A stretch of DNA of 12,900 nt from Candidatus Micrarchaeia archaeon. GTDB lineage: Archaea; Micrarchaeota; Micrarchaeia; CABMEP01. The stretch's first letter is position 1; each line of letters starts with the position of its first letter. A model generated the notes under the pieces. The model saw nothing but the letters and a program-made list of their open reading frames with translations. It was not told the DNA's origin and searched no databases. The position numbers were made by a program, and so were the translations under genes. The DNA lies in assembly GCA_038886535.1 (NCBI GenBank), contig JAVZXS010000013.1, positions 1-12,900 of the forward strand. Direction: 5' to 3'. Positions 1 to 7,397 of this stretch are shown one piece after another.

Positions 1-522
1 CAGGCACCGAGTAAAGCTGTAAAATTTAGGCTTTATTATTCAACAGATAACAAGACCTCATGGAACTACATCGCAGAGGTAGGTAATGTGAGGGAATATC
101 TTTGGACAGTACCAGCCCAGGATGGAAGAAAGGCTCAGAGTTTTGTAAGACTTGAGGCTTTTGATAGTGCGAATAACAAAATTGGAGAGGACGTATCAGA
201 CAAAGCCTTTGTGATAGAGGTATTGAAGCTAACAAGTCCAAATGGAGGAGAGACCTTGAAAGTAGGAAATACCCATACCATAACTTGGGAAACCTATGCG
301 CTCACAAAGACAGTGGCAAGAGTTCAGTTACAGTATAGCACCAATGGAGGACAGAGCTGGACAAATATAAAGACCTTTGTAGGCTCAAATCCTGGACAGT
401 TTAACTGGACAGTGCCAAACACACCGAGTACAAACTGCAGAGTGAGGGTGAGACTATTAGACAGTGCAGGGGCAGTGATAGCTAGTGATATAAGTGATAA
501 GGTCTTTACGATTCAACAGTAA
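1..522 (+). CDS. 3' part of a protein ending in the shared tandem Ig-like C-terminal module (5' end lies outside the window)
   Basis: The frame is open from base 1 (QAPSKAVKFRLYYSTDNKTSWNYIAEVGNVREYLW...), which aligns with WQAPLDSYKFNLRFSTDNKATW of the next gene. The GTG at 88 is therefore internal. Ends DISDKVFTIQQ*. Confidence 0.9.
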   Translation, partial: QAPSKAVKFRLYYSTDNKTSWNYIAEVGNVREYLWTVPAQDGRKAQSFVRLEAFDSANNKIGEDVSDKAFVIEVLKLTSPNGGETLKVGNTHTITWETYALTKTVARVQLQYSTNGGQSWTNIKTFVGSNPGQFNWTVPNTPSTNCRVRVRLLDSAGAVIASDISDKVFTIQQ

Positions 523-533
523 AGATGTATAAT
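505..533 (+). promoter_or_regulatory. Putative sigma70 promoter TTTACG-N17-TATAAT overlapping the last codons of the CDS
   Basis: -35 TTTACG at 505-510, 17-nt spacer, perfect TATAAT at 528-533. The same layout recurs at 2942-2970. Confidence 0.55.
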
Positions 534-541
534 TTAAACAG

Positions 542-573
542 AAGGGCTCAGGAATCATCTTGAGCCCTTTTTT
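542..573 (+). terminator. Intrinsic terminator-like hairpin
   Basis: AAGGGCTCAGGA-atca-TCTTGAGCCCTT (12 bp with one G-U) running into a T6 tract at 568-573. Confidence 0.75.
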
Positions 574-667
574 ACATAATCAAGAAAAAGGGGGGTGAGA
601 CAGTATAAATCTTATCCTAAAAACCCATTCTGGAAGGGAATAGTAATAATTTATTCGGAGTTTTATT

Positions 668-2959
668 ATGAGATTCGCAATTTTTTTAATTATTATTACT
701 ATATTTTTTTTATCAGCAACTAACACATCAGCTGCTACTTACTATGTGAGGACTGATGGTGGAAATGCTCAGCAATGTACAGGTCTGGTTAATGCCCCTT
801 ATCCAGGAAGCGGAACAAATCAACCTTGTGCTTGGTCTCATCCTTTTTGGGCTCTAAGAATTGAAGGAGGTCAACCTCAATGGCGTCTTTCCCCTGGAGA
901 TACACTTATTATTGGTTCAGGTTCTTATATGATGGGATATGGAGCACCTAATACTACCTGGTGTTCTGCTGCAGGTGCCTATGATTGTGTATTGCCCTCC
1001 TTGCCTAATAATGTTAAAATTCTGGGTGAGGGATGGAACAGTGGATGTTCTAATCATCCAGAATTATGGGCAACAGAACGAGCTTGGCAAATATTTGATT
1101 TATCAGGTTCCTCTGGAGTAACCTTAGCCTGTCTTGAGGTTACTGATCATGCTACTTGTGCTTACGCCCATGCTAATTCTACTGTAAGATGTAAATATAA
1201 TCAACCTCCATTTGGACCTTGGGGATACAGAGGGATTCTCATTAAAGATGCAAGTAACATAACTCTCCGGGATTTAAATATTCATGGTTTTGGTTCAGAA
1301 GGTATTCAGGCAGGTCGTGTGCAAAATATAACCTTAGAAAGAGTTCGTATTGCTGGAAATGGTTGGTCAGGGTGGAATGGTGATCTTTGGGGAGAACCTT
1401 CTTCAAATCAAGGAAATTTGATTTTTCGCAAAGTTACCATTGAGTGGAACGGTTGTGTAGAGACTTATCCTTCAGGGCAACCCAATCATTGCTGGGCACA
1501 ATCCAGAGGAGGATATGGTGATGGGTTGGGGACTTCAGCAACAGGAGGGAACTGGATATTTGAGGATTCTGTTATCCGATATAATACTTCAGATGGTTTA
1601 GATTTGCTTTATGCAGTGGTAAGTAGTGAGTCTTTTATTAAAATAAACCGAGTTAAAGCTTACGGAAATGCTGGTAACCAGTTAAAGGTTGGAGGTCCTG
1701 CAGTAATTACGAATACTTTAGCAATAAGTAATTGCAACTATTTTACAGGTAAACCCTTTGCTCAGGAAATGGGAGGTGTAGCCTCTGGAGATGCCTGTCG
1801 TGCGGGTGGAGCTGCTATTTCAGTGAATATGAAACCTAATGACCAAAGTGCTATCATAAATTCTACTATAGTCAGTGAGGGTTGGGCACAAACAGAAGTC
1901 TATTGCGGTACCCACGATTTTCCAGATGAAGCTCAACCTTGCACAGGTTCTGAAGTTCTTTATTTGGCTAATAACATTTTTTTAGGATTTCCTAATGTAA
2001 CTTACCCTGGAGATTGGCCTGATTTAGTAGGAGATGGTGATCCCGAGGGCAGAACCAGACCGAACTCTATAGACTATAATCTCATTCATAAAACCCAGGT
2101 GTCTGAGAACGGACTTTCTATAGGATCACACAATATTTTTTTAGATCCTTTGTTTGCATCTCAATCAGACATAGATAATTTAGATGCACATCTACAAGCT
2201 GGTAGCCCAGCTATAGATATAGGAGCTCCTGTGGGAACAACTTTTGGCTTGGGAAAAGTGCCTGGTGATGACTTAGAGAAGATTTTAAGACCAGTAGGAG
2301 GAGGAGTAGATTTGGGATGTTATGAATTCGACCAAAGTCTAAGGCTTCTTCAACCCAATGGTGGGCAGAAATGGAAAGCAGGTTTTAAGTATGCTATTAA
2401 ATGGCAAGCACCTCTTGATAGTTACAAATTCAACTTAAGATTCTCTACTGACAACAAAGCAACATGGACAAATATTGCTACAGTGCTCGCCTCAAATAGA
2501 TGCACCTCAGATGGAACAAAATATTCATGCACCTATGTCTGGACTATTCCAGCACAGGATGGAAGAAAGCCTCAGAGTTTTGTACGGGTTAGAGCCTTTG
2601 ATAGTTCCAACCAAGTTATAGGTACAGATGATTCAGACAAAGCCTTTGTGATTGAGGTATTAAGGCTAACAAGTCCAAATGGAGGAGAGACCTTGAAAGT
2701 AGGAAGTACCCATACTATAACTTGGGAAACCTACGCACTCACAAAAACATTAGCAAAAGTAATCTTACAATATAGCACCAATGGAGGACAGAGCTGGACA
2801 AATATAAAGACCTTTGTAGGCTCAAATCCTGGGCAGTTTAATTGGACAGTGCCAAACACACCAAGCACAAACTGCAAAGTAAGAGTGATACTTAAAGATA
2901 GTGCAGGAGCAGAGATAGCCAGAGATGCAAGTGATAAGGTATTTACGATTCAGCAGTAA
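668..2959 (+). CDS. Secreted Cys-rich right-handed parallel beta-helix (pectin lyase-like fold) protein with choice-of-anchor Q-like domain and shared C-terminal tandem Ig-like module
   Basis: Signal peptide MRFAIFLIIITIFFLSATNTSA|ATYYV; GGAG RBS. Beta-helix-type repeats (NITLRDLNIHG, NITLERVRIAGN, NWIFEDSVIRYNTSDGLD). Motif HLQAGSPAIDIG...DL...RP.GGGVDLGCYE. The module starts at about 2346. Confidence 0.8.
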   Translation: MRFAIFLIIITIFFLSATNTSAATYYVRTDGGNAQQCTGLVNAPYPGSGTNQPCAWSHPFWALRIEGGQPQWRLSPGDTLIIGSGSYMMGYGAPNTTWCSAAGAYDCVLPSLPNNVKILGEGWNSGCSNHPELWATERAWQIFDLSGSSGVTLACLEVTDHATCAYAHANSTVRCKYNQPPFGPWGYRGILIKDASNITLRDLNIHGFGSEGIQAGRVQNITLERVRIAGNGWSGWNGDLWGEPSSNQGNLIFRKVTIEWNGCVETYPSGQPNHCWAQSRGGYGDGLGTSATGGNWIFEDSVIRYNTSDGLDLLYAVVSSESFIKINRVKAYGNAGNQLKVGGPAVITNTLAISNCNYFTGKPFAQEMGGVASGDACRAGGAAISVNMKPNDQSAIINSTIVSEGWAQTEVYCGTHDFPDEAQPCTGSEVLYLANNIFLGFPNVTYPGDWPDLVGDGDPEGRTRPNSIDYNLIHKTQVSENGLSIGSHNIFLDPLFASQSDIDNLDAHLQAGSPAIDIGAPVGTTFGLGKVPGDDLEKILRPVGGGVDLGCYEFDQSLRLLQPNGGQKWKAGFKYAIKWQAPLDSYKFNLRFSTDNKATWTNIATVLASNRCTSDGTKYSCTYVWTIPAQDGRKPQSFVRVRAFDSSNQVIGTDDSDKAFVIEVLRLTSPNGGETLKVGSTHTITWETYALTKTLAKVILQYSTNGGQSWTNIKTFVGSNPGQFNWTVPNTPSTNCKVRVILKDSAGAEIARDASDKVFTIQQ
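2346..2959 (+). repeat. Shared C-terminal module, copy 2
   Basis: Colinear without indels with 4382-4995 (offset 2036). 2678-2862 vs 4714-4898 differ at 1 of 185 nt. A 62-nt core is identical at 334-395, 2771-2832 and 4807-4868. Confidence 0.95.
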
Positions 2960-2970
2960 AAGTGTATAAT
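2942..2970 (+). promoter_or_regulatory. Putative sigma70 promoter TTTACG-N17-TATAAT, second copy
   Basis: TTTACG at 2942-2947 and TATAAT at 2965-2970. It is followed by a copy of the 542-569 hairpin (2980-3005) with one mismatch and no T tract. Confidence 0.55.
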
Positions 2971-3020
2971 TTAAACAGAAGGGCTCAGGAATCATCTTGA
3001 ACCCTCCAGTTATATAGCCA

Positions 3021-3107
3021 GAAAAGGGGGTGAGAGAACAAAATCTTATCCTAAATACCGCCCCTCTGGAAAGGATAAGATAGAAAAGGCGGAATAGAAA
3101 TATCCAG
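3021..3107 (+). promoter_or_regulatory. Conserved intergenic leader element (SD-like box plus hairpin around TCTGGA)
   Basis: Aligns over about 85 nt with 7291-7374 and partly with 585-643 and 5050-5121. Stem ATCTTATCCT (3043-3052)/AGGATAAGAT (3072-3081); CCGCC (3058-3062)/GGCGG (3088-3092). Confidence 0.6.
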
Positions 3108-3147
3108 AGATGTCCATAATCTGGGCATAGAATATTGGAGGTATTTT

Positions 3148-4995
3148 ATGAAGTTTAAAGGAGTTATAATCTTCTTTACCGCTTTATCTTTGTTTTTCTT
3201 TGCCCAAATCCAAAGAGGCTTCTGTAAGCAGGTTGAAGGAGTTCCACTCCCATCAGAGAAAAAGGAAATCCTTAAGCAGAGCCTACTAAGCCTTCCTCTA
3301 TACTTCATCAAAAATCAAGGACAGCTTCAGGAAGAGGTCTTTTTCTATGTAAAGGGACAGGGGAAGAGCACTTACTTTACCAAGGATGGGATTTATGTAG
3401 TCCTTGCCTCCAAAGAGGAAAATCAGGAAAAAGGTAAGGATAAGTTGGATTTAGGAAGAGCTGAGAGAGAAGAAGAGAGAGCTAAAGAGGGTAAAGTAAT
3501 AGTGGAGGCAATTAAACTTGTGCCTGTTGGGATGAGAGAGAGTGTTGAGGTGTTAGGGGAGGAGGAGACCCCTGGAAAGGTGAACTATTTCATAGGGAGT
3601 GACCCGAGTAAGTGGAAGACAGGCATACCCACCTATAGCAAAGTGAGATACAAGGGATTATACGAAGGGATAGACCTTGTTTTTTATGGGAATGAAAGGG
3701 AGCTTGAGTATGATCTGGTAGTTGAGCCTGGGAGGGACTATAGTTCTATTGTTTTTAAGGTGGAAGGGGCAAAGGAAGTGAGGAAGGCAGAGGATGGTTC
3801 TTTAGAGATAGTGTTAAGCTCAGATTCAAGGATAATACAGAGGAAGCCCAATGTGTATCAGGAGATAGGAGGTGAGAGGAGAGAGCTTGAGGGAGAGTTT
3901 GAGGTAAGTAAGGAGGAACTTGTTTATCTCTATAGCTTTAAGGTAAAAGACTATGACAAGGCCCATCCCCTCATCATAGACCCTCTTGTCCTTTCCTACT
4001 CCACCTACCTTGGGGGAAGTAGTGATGATGATGTCTATGGTATAGCCGTAGATGCCTCAGGCAATGCCTATGTAACTGGAAGTACATTATCAACCGACTT
4101 TCCCACAAAGAATGCCTTCCAGGGAAATTTTGGAGGAGGAGACAAGGATGCCTTTGTAACGAAGTTTAGTCCTCAAGGCAGTCTTATCTACTCCACCTAC
4201 CTTGGGGGAAGTAGTGATGATGATGTCTATGGTATAGCCGTAGATGCCTCAGGCAATGCCTATGTAACTGGAAGTACAGATTCAACCGACTTTCCCACAC
4301 AGAATGCCTTCCAGGTAAGTAATAGAGGTGGCTATGATGCCTTTGTAACGAAGCTTTCATATGTTTCCCCAACTTTAAGTGTTCTTCAACCCAATGGCGG
4401 GCAGAAATGGAAGGCAGGTTTTAAGTATGCTATCAAATGGGAAGCACCACTTGATAGCTACAAATTTACTCTTAGTTATTCTACAGACAACAAAACAACC
4501 TGGACAAACATAGCCACAGTGCTTGCCTCAAACAGATGCTCCTCAGATGGAACCAAATATACCTGTACTTATGGCTGGACAATACCAGCACAGGATGGAA
4601 GAAAGCCTCAGAGTTTTGTAAGGGTAAGAGCATTCAATAGTTCTAATCAAGTAATAGGTACAGATGATTCAGACAAAGCCTTTGCGATTGAGGTATTAAA
4701 GCTAACAAGTCCTAATGGAGGAGAGACCTTGAAAGTAGGAAGTACCCATACTATAACTTGGGAAACCTACGCACTTACAAAAACATTAGCAAAAGTAATC
4801 TTACAATATAGCACCAATGGAGGACAGAGCTGGACAAATATAAAGACCTTTGTAGGCTCAAATCCTGGGCAGTTTAATTGGACAGTGCCAAACACACCGA
4901 GTACAAACTGCAGAGTGAGGGTGAGACTATTAGACAGTGCAGGGGCAGTCATAACAAGTGATGTGAGTGATAAGGCATTTACGATTCAGCAGTAA
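3148..4995 (+). CDS. Secreted SBBP (beta-propeller repeat) family protein with shared C-terminal tandem Ig-like module
   Basis: GGAGG RBS and a hydrophobic N-terminus. N-terminal motifs typical of SBBP proteins (FIKNQGQ, NYFIG.DPSKW.TGIPTY..V.Y..LY.GIDL.FY, LEYDLVV.PG, PLIIDP). Two YSTYLGGS..D...GIAVD.SGNAYVTG.T.S.DFP repeats. The module starts at about 4382. Confidence 0.85.
   Translation: MKFKGVIIFFTALSLFFFAQIQRGFCKQVEGVPLPSEKKEILKQSLLSLPLYFIKNQGQLQEEVFFYVKGQGKSTYFTKDGIYVVLASKEENQEKGKDKLDLGRAEREEERAKEGKVIVEAIKLVPVGMRESVEVLGEEETPGKVNYFIGSDPSKWKTGIPTYSKVRYKGLYEGIDLVFYGNERELEYDLVVEPGRDYSSIVFKVEGAKEVRKAEDGSLEIVLSSDSRIIQRKPNVYQEIGGERRELEGEFEVSKEELVYLYSFKVKDYDKAHPLIIDPLVLSYSTYLGGSSDDDVYGIAVDASGNAYVTGSTLSTDFPTKNAFQGNFGGGDKDAFVTKFSPQGSLIYSTYLGGSSDDDVYGIAVDASGNAYVTGSTDSTDFPTQNAFQVSNRGGYDAFVTKLSYVSPTLSVLQPNGGQKWKAGFKYAIKWEAPLDSYKFTLSYSTDNKTTWTNIATVLASNRCSSDGTKYTCTYGWTIPAQDGRKPQSFVRVRAFNSSNQVIGTDDSDKAFAIEVLKLTSPNGGETLKVGSTHTITWETYALTKTLAKVILQYSTNGGQSWTNIKTFVGSNPGQFNWTVPNTPSTNCRVRVRLLDSAGAVITSDVSDKAFTIQQ
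3996..4353 (+). repeat. Intragenic tandem repeat with a 192-nt (64-aa) period, two SBBP units
   Basis: 3996-4086 is identical to 4188-4278 (91 nt). Similarity continues to GATGCCTTTGTAACGAAG in both units. Confidence 0.95.
4382..4995 (+). repeat. Shared C-terminal module, copy 3 (mosaic of copies 2 and 1)
   Basis: Most similar to copy 2 up to 4898. 4879-4949 is identical to copy 1 at 406-476. Confidence 0.95.
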
Positions 4996-5016
4996 AATCG
5001 CGATAATTAAATTTAT

Positions 5017-5047
5017 GAGAGACTCTGGATAAAATCCAGAGTCTCTC
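5017..5047 (+). terminator. Perfect 14-bp hairpin (terminator or mRNA-stabilising stem)
   Basis: GAGAGACTCTGGAT-aaa-ATCCAGAGTCTCTC, with no T tract after it on the + strand. Confidence 0.55.
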
Positions 5048-5170
5048 GTAAAAGAGGGTTAAAAAATGACAATTACTCCAGGAAAATCTGATTATTCGAA
5101 CACCTCTCTGGACGAAATAATATTAAAAGTATAGATAAAAATCCTTTTTTGAATGACGAAGAGGGTCAGA

Positions 5171-7261
5171 ATGATAAAAAAAATTTTCTTATCGATAATT
5201 TTATCTATTTTGTTTATCAGTAATACCTTTGCAGCAGTTTTATACGTTAAATCTGATGGAAGTGGGGACTGTTCAACTTGGGCTAATGCATGCAAACTTC
5301 AAACTGCACTTCTAAATTCAACTTCAGGTGATCAAATCTGGGTACAAAGAGGAGTTTATTATCCGGGAGAAAGCTATAGTGATTCATTCAACTTGAAAGA
5401 TGGAGTCGCGATTTATGGTGGGTTCTTAGGCACTGAAACCCAACTCAATCAACGTGACTGGAAAAATAATTTAACTATTTTAAGTGGAGATATAGACAAA
5501 AATGATGTTAATGAGGATGGTAATTATATTGCAGAAACTTTTAATGATATCAGGGGGTTAAATTCTCAAAAGATAATATCAATATCGAGTAACATAAGTA
5601 GCTCTACAATTTTAGATGGCTTTGTAATAACCGCAGGTTCTGGTACTTACGGGGGAGGTATTGACAACTCTAATGGTTCCCCAATCCTGAGAAATTTAAT
5701 AATTATTGGCAACTATGTTTATTATAACGGGGGTGGCTTATATAACTATAGAGGCAAACCTAAAATTATAAATGTTACCTTTAGTGGCAATTATGCTCAA
5801 TATTGAGCTGGAATTTATAATTATTGGAGTGAAATTGAGCTTCAAAACGTTATATTTACTGAAAATATTTCCTATTACGGAGGTGGAATTTACAGTAGCG
5901 ATGATATTTTAATGTTTATAAGAAATGCAAGATTTATGCATAATAGAGCTAATTATGGAGGAGGTATTTACAATTCTTGGGGTACTTTAGAGATACAAAA
6001 TTCTATATTTAATGATAACATTGCTAATAATGGAGGTGGACTATATAATACTTATACTCTTGATAGCAAAATAGTAAATACAAAGTTTATTGAAAACAAT
6101 GCATTCTATGGTGGAGGAATTTACAACTACAGAACCGCCATTGCTTTAACAAATGTTCTAATTTCTGGAAACTTTGCTTACTATGGAGGTGGTGTTTATA
6201 ATGTTTACAAAAGTTATCCCTCTTTTGTTAACATTACTTTAAGTAAAAATTATGTTACTAATTTTGGTGGGGGTATTTATAATTCCGATTCAAACCCTAT
6301 ACTTAAAAATGCTATAATTTGGGAAAATTCTTCAATATATTATCCCAATTATTCAGAGATATACAATGGTAATTTTTCTCCAACTATTTCATATAGCGAT
6401 ATAAAAGGATGCGGAGGTAGCGGAGCTTCTTGGAATGCAGAATGTGGAGTAGATGGAGGCAACAATATTGATAGTGACCCTGAATTTTTAGATATCGACT
6501 CATATAACTTACGATTAAAAAAGAATTCCCCTTGTATTGATTCTGGAGATAACTCTTCTTTACCCGTCACTATAACTAAGGATTTAGATAATTTCCAGAG
6601 AATTGTAGATGGAAATAGTGATGGAATTAACAAAGTAGTTATGGGGGTATATGAATTTCAGAATAAGTTAGTTTTAATTTATCCGAATGGTGGTGAAATT
6701 ATAGACTCTGGAAGCAATGAAATGATTTATTGGTATTCACCATATAATTCTCATCACTTTTCCTTACAACTATCTACTGATGACAAAAAGTCTTGGATAA
6801 GTATGAAAAATAATATTACCAATAATTACTTTAACTGGTTAGTTGACCCTGTTAAATACAACTTAAATGGAAATAAGAATAAATCTTATATTAGAGTAAT
6901 AGCCTATGACTCGACAAATACAAAGATAGGAACAGATGCTTCCAACAAGCCTTTCACTATTCAAGTTTTAAAACTTATCTCACCCAATGGTGGAGAAATC
7001 TTAAATGCTGGTAAAATTCATAACATAATTTGGCAAACTAATGCTACAAAAAGTCCAGTATCTATTGTCTCACTACAATACTCCACCGACGGAGGTGCAA
7101 GTTGGAAAAATATTGTTAATTTAAGTTCAAACACTGAACAGTACTTATGGACTATACCAAGTGCTCCAAGTTCAAAATGTAAAGTCAAGGTAATACTTAA
7201 AGATAGCTATGGAAATGTTATAGGTTCTGATGTAAGTGATAAATCATTTACAATTAAATAA
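5171..7261 (+). pseudogene. Secreted beta-helix protein (Pmp-like GGGIYN/FxxN repeats, choice-of-anchor Q-like domain, divergent shared C-terminal module) split by one in-frame TGA at 5804-5806
   Basis: ORFs 5153-5806 and 5912-7261 are in the same frame and the 35 intervening codons are open (AGIYNYWSEIELQNVIFTENISYYGGGIYSSDDIL). The TGA sits where the repeat has Gly (NYAQY*AGIYN vs NRANYGGGIYN). Likely start is ATG 5171, with GAGGG RBS and signal peptide ...NTFA|AVLYV. The module starts at about 6668. Confidence 0.8.
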
Positions 7262-7275
7262 TAAATATTTTAAAT

Positions 7276-7374
7276 TATAATATCATCTTAGGAAAGGAGG
7301 TGAAACATAATATTTTTATACTTAATCCGCCTATCTGGAGGGGATAAATTATATGGCGGGATATAAGTATTTAG
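7276..7374 (+). promoter_or_regulatory. -10 box, perfect SD-like box without a start codon, and conserved leader element upstream of the protease
   Basis: TATAAT at 7276-7281; GGAAAGGAGGTGA at 7291-7303. Stem ATACTTA.TCCGCC/GGCGGG..TAAGTAT at 7318-7370 encloses TCTGGA. Homologous to 3021-3107. Confidence 0.55.
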
Positions 7375-7397
7375 AAAATCGATAAGGAGAAATTTTT

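Noticed and set aside
3043..3081. SAM-I or glycine riboswitch (CTTATC...GATAAG and CTCTGGA resemble parts of them)
   Set aside because: The interior is far too short and the other conserved core motifs are missing.
103..4995. Diversity-generating retroelement (TR/VR pair) as the cause of the C-terminal repeats
   Set aside because: All copies are coding. The differences are not adenine-specific and many are synonymous. There is no reverse transcriptase in the window.
595..5135. Conserved leader peptides behind the SD-like boxes (e.g. MTITPGKSDYSNTSLDEIILKV from 5067, MREQNLILNTAPLERIR from 3030)
   Set aside because: Frame and sequence are not conserved across the four leaders, and the equivalent frame has stops in two of them. 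The 5067 uORF alone cannot be excluded.
704..5183. Phase-variable homopolymers in signal-peptide regions (T8 at 704-711, A8 at 5176-5183)
   Set aside because: Runs of this length are expected in such AT-rich DNA, and both genes are in frame at these sites.
5804..5806. Genome-wide TGA=Gly recoding (code 25) or selenocysteine
   Set aside because: TGA is a real stop for gspF (10931) and the GspI-like gene (10166), both with ATGA overlaps. The other long ORFs have no internal TGA, and the aligned residue is Gly, not Cys.
1..7261. CRISPR array, integron cassettes or shufflon
   Set aside because: No short regularly spaced repeats, no recognisable attC sites, no inverted cassettes and no site-specific recombinase in the window.
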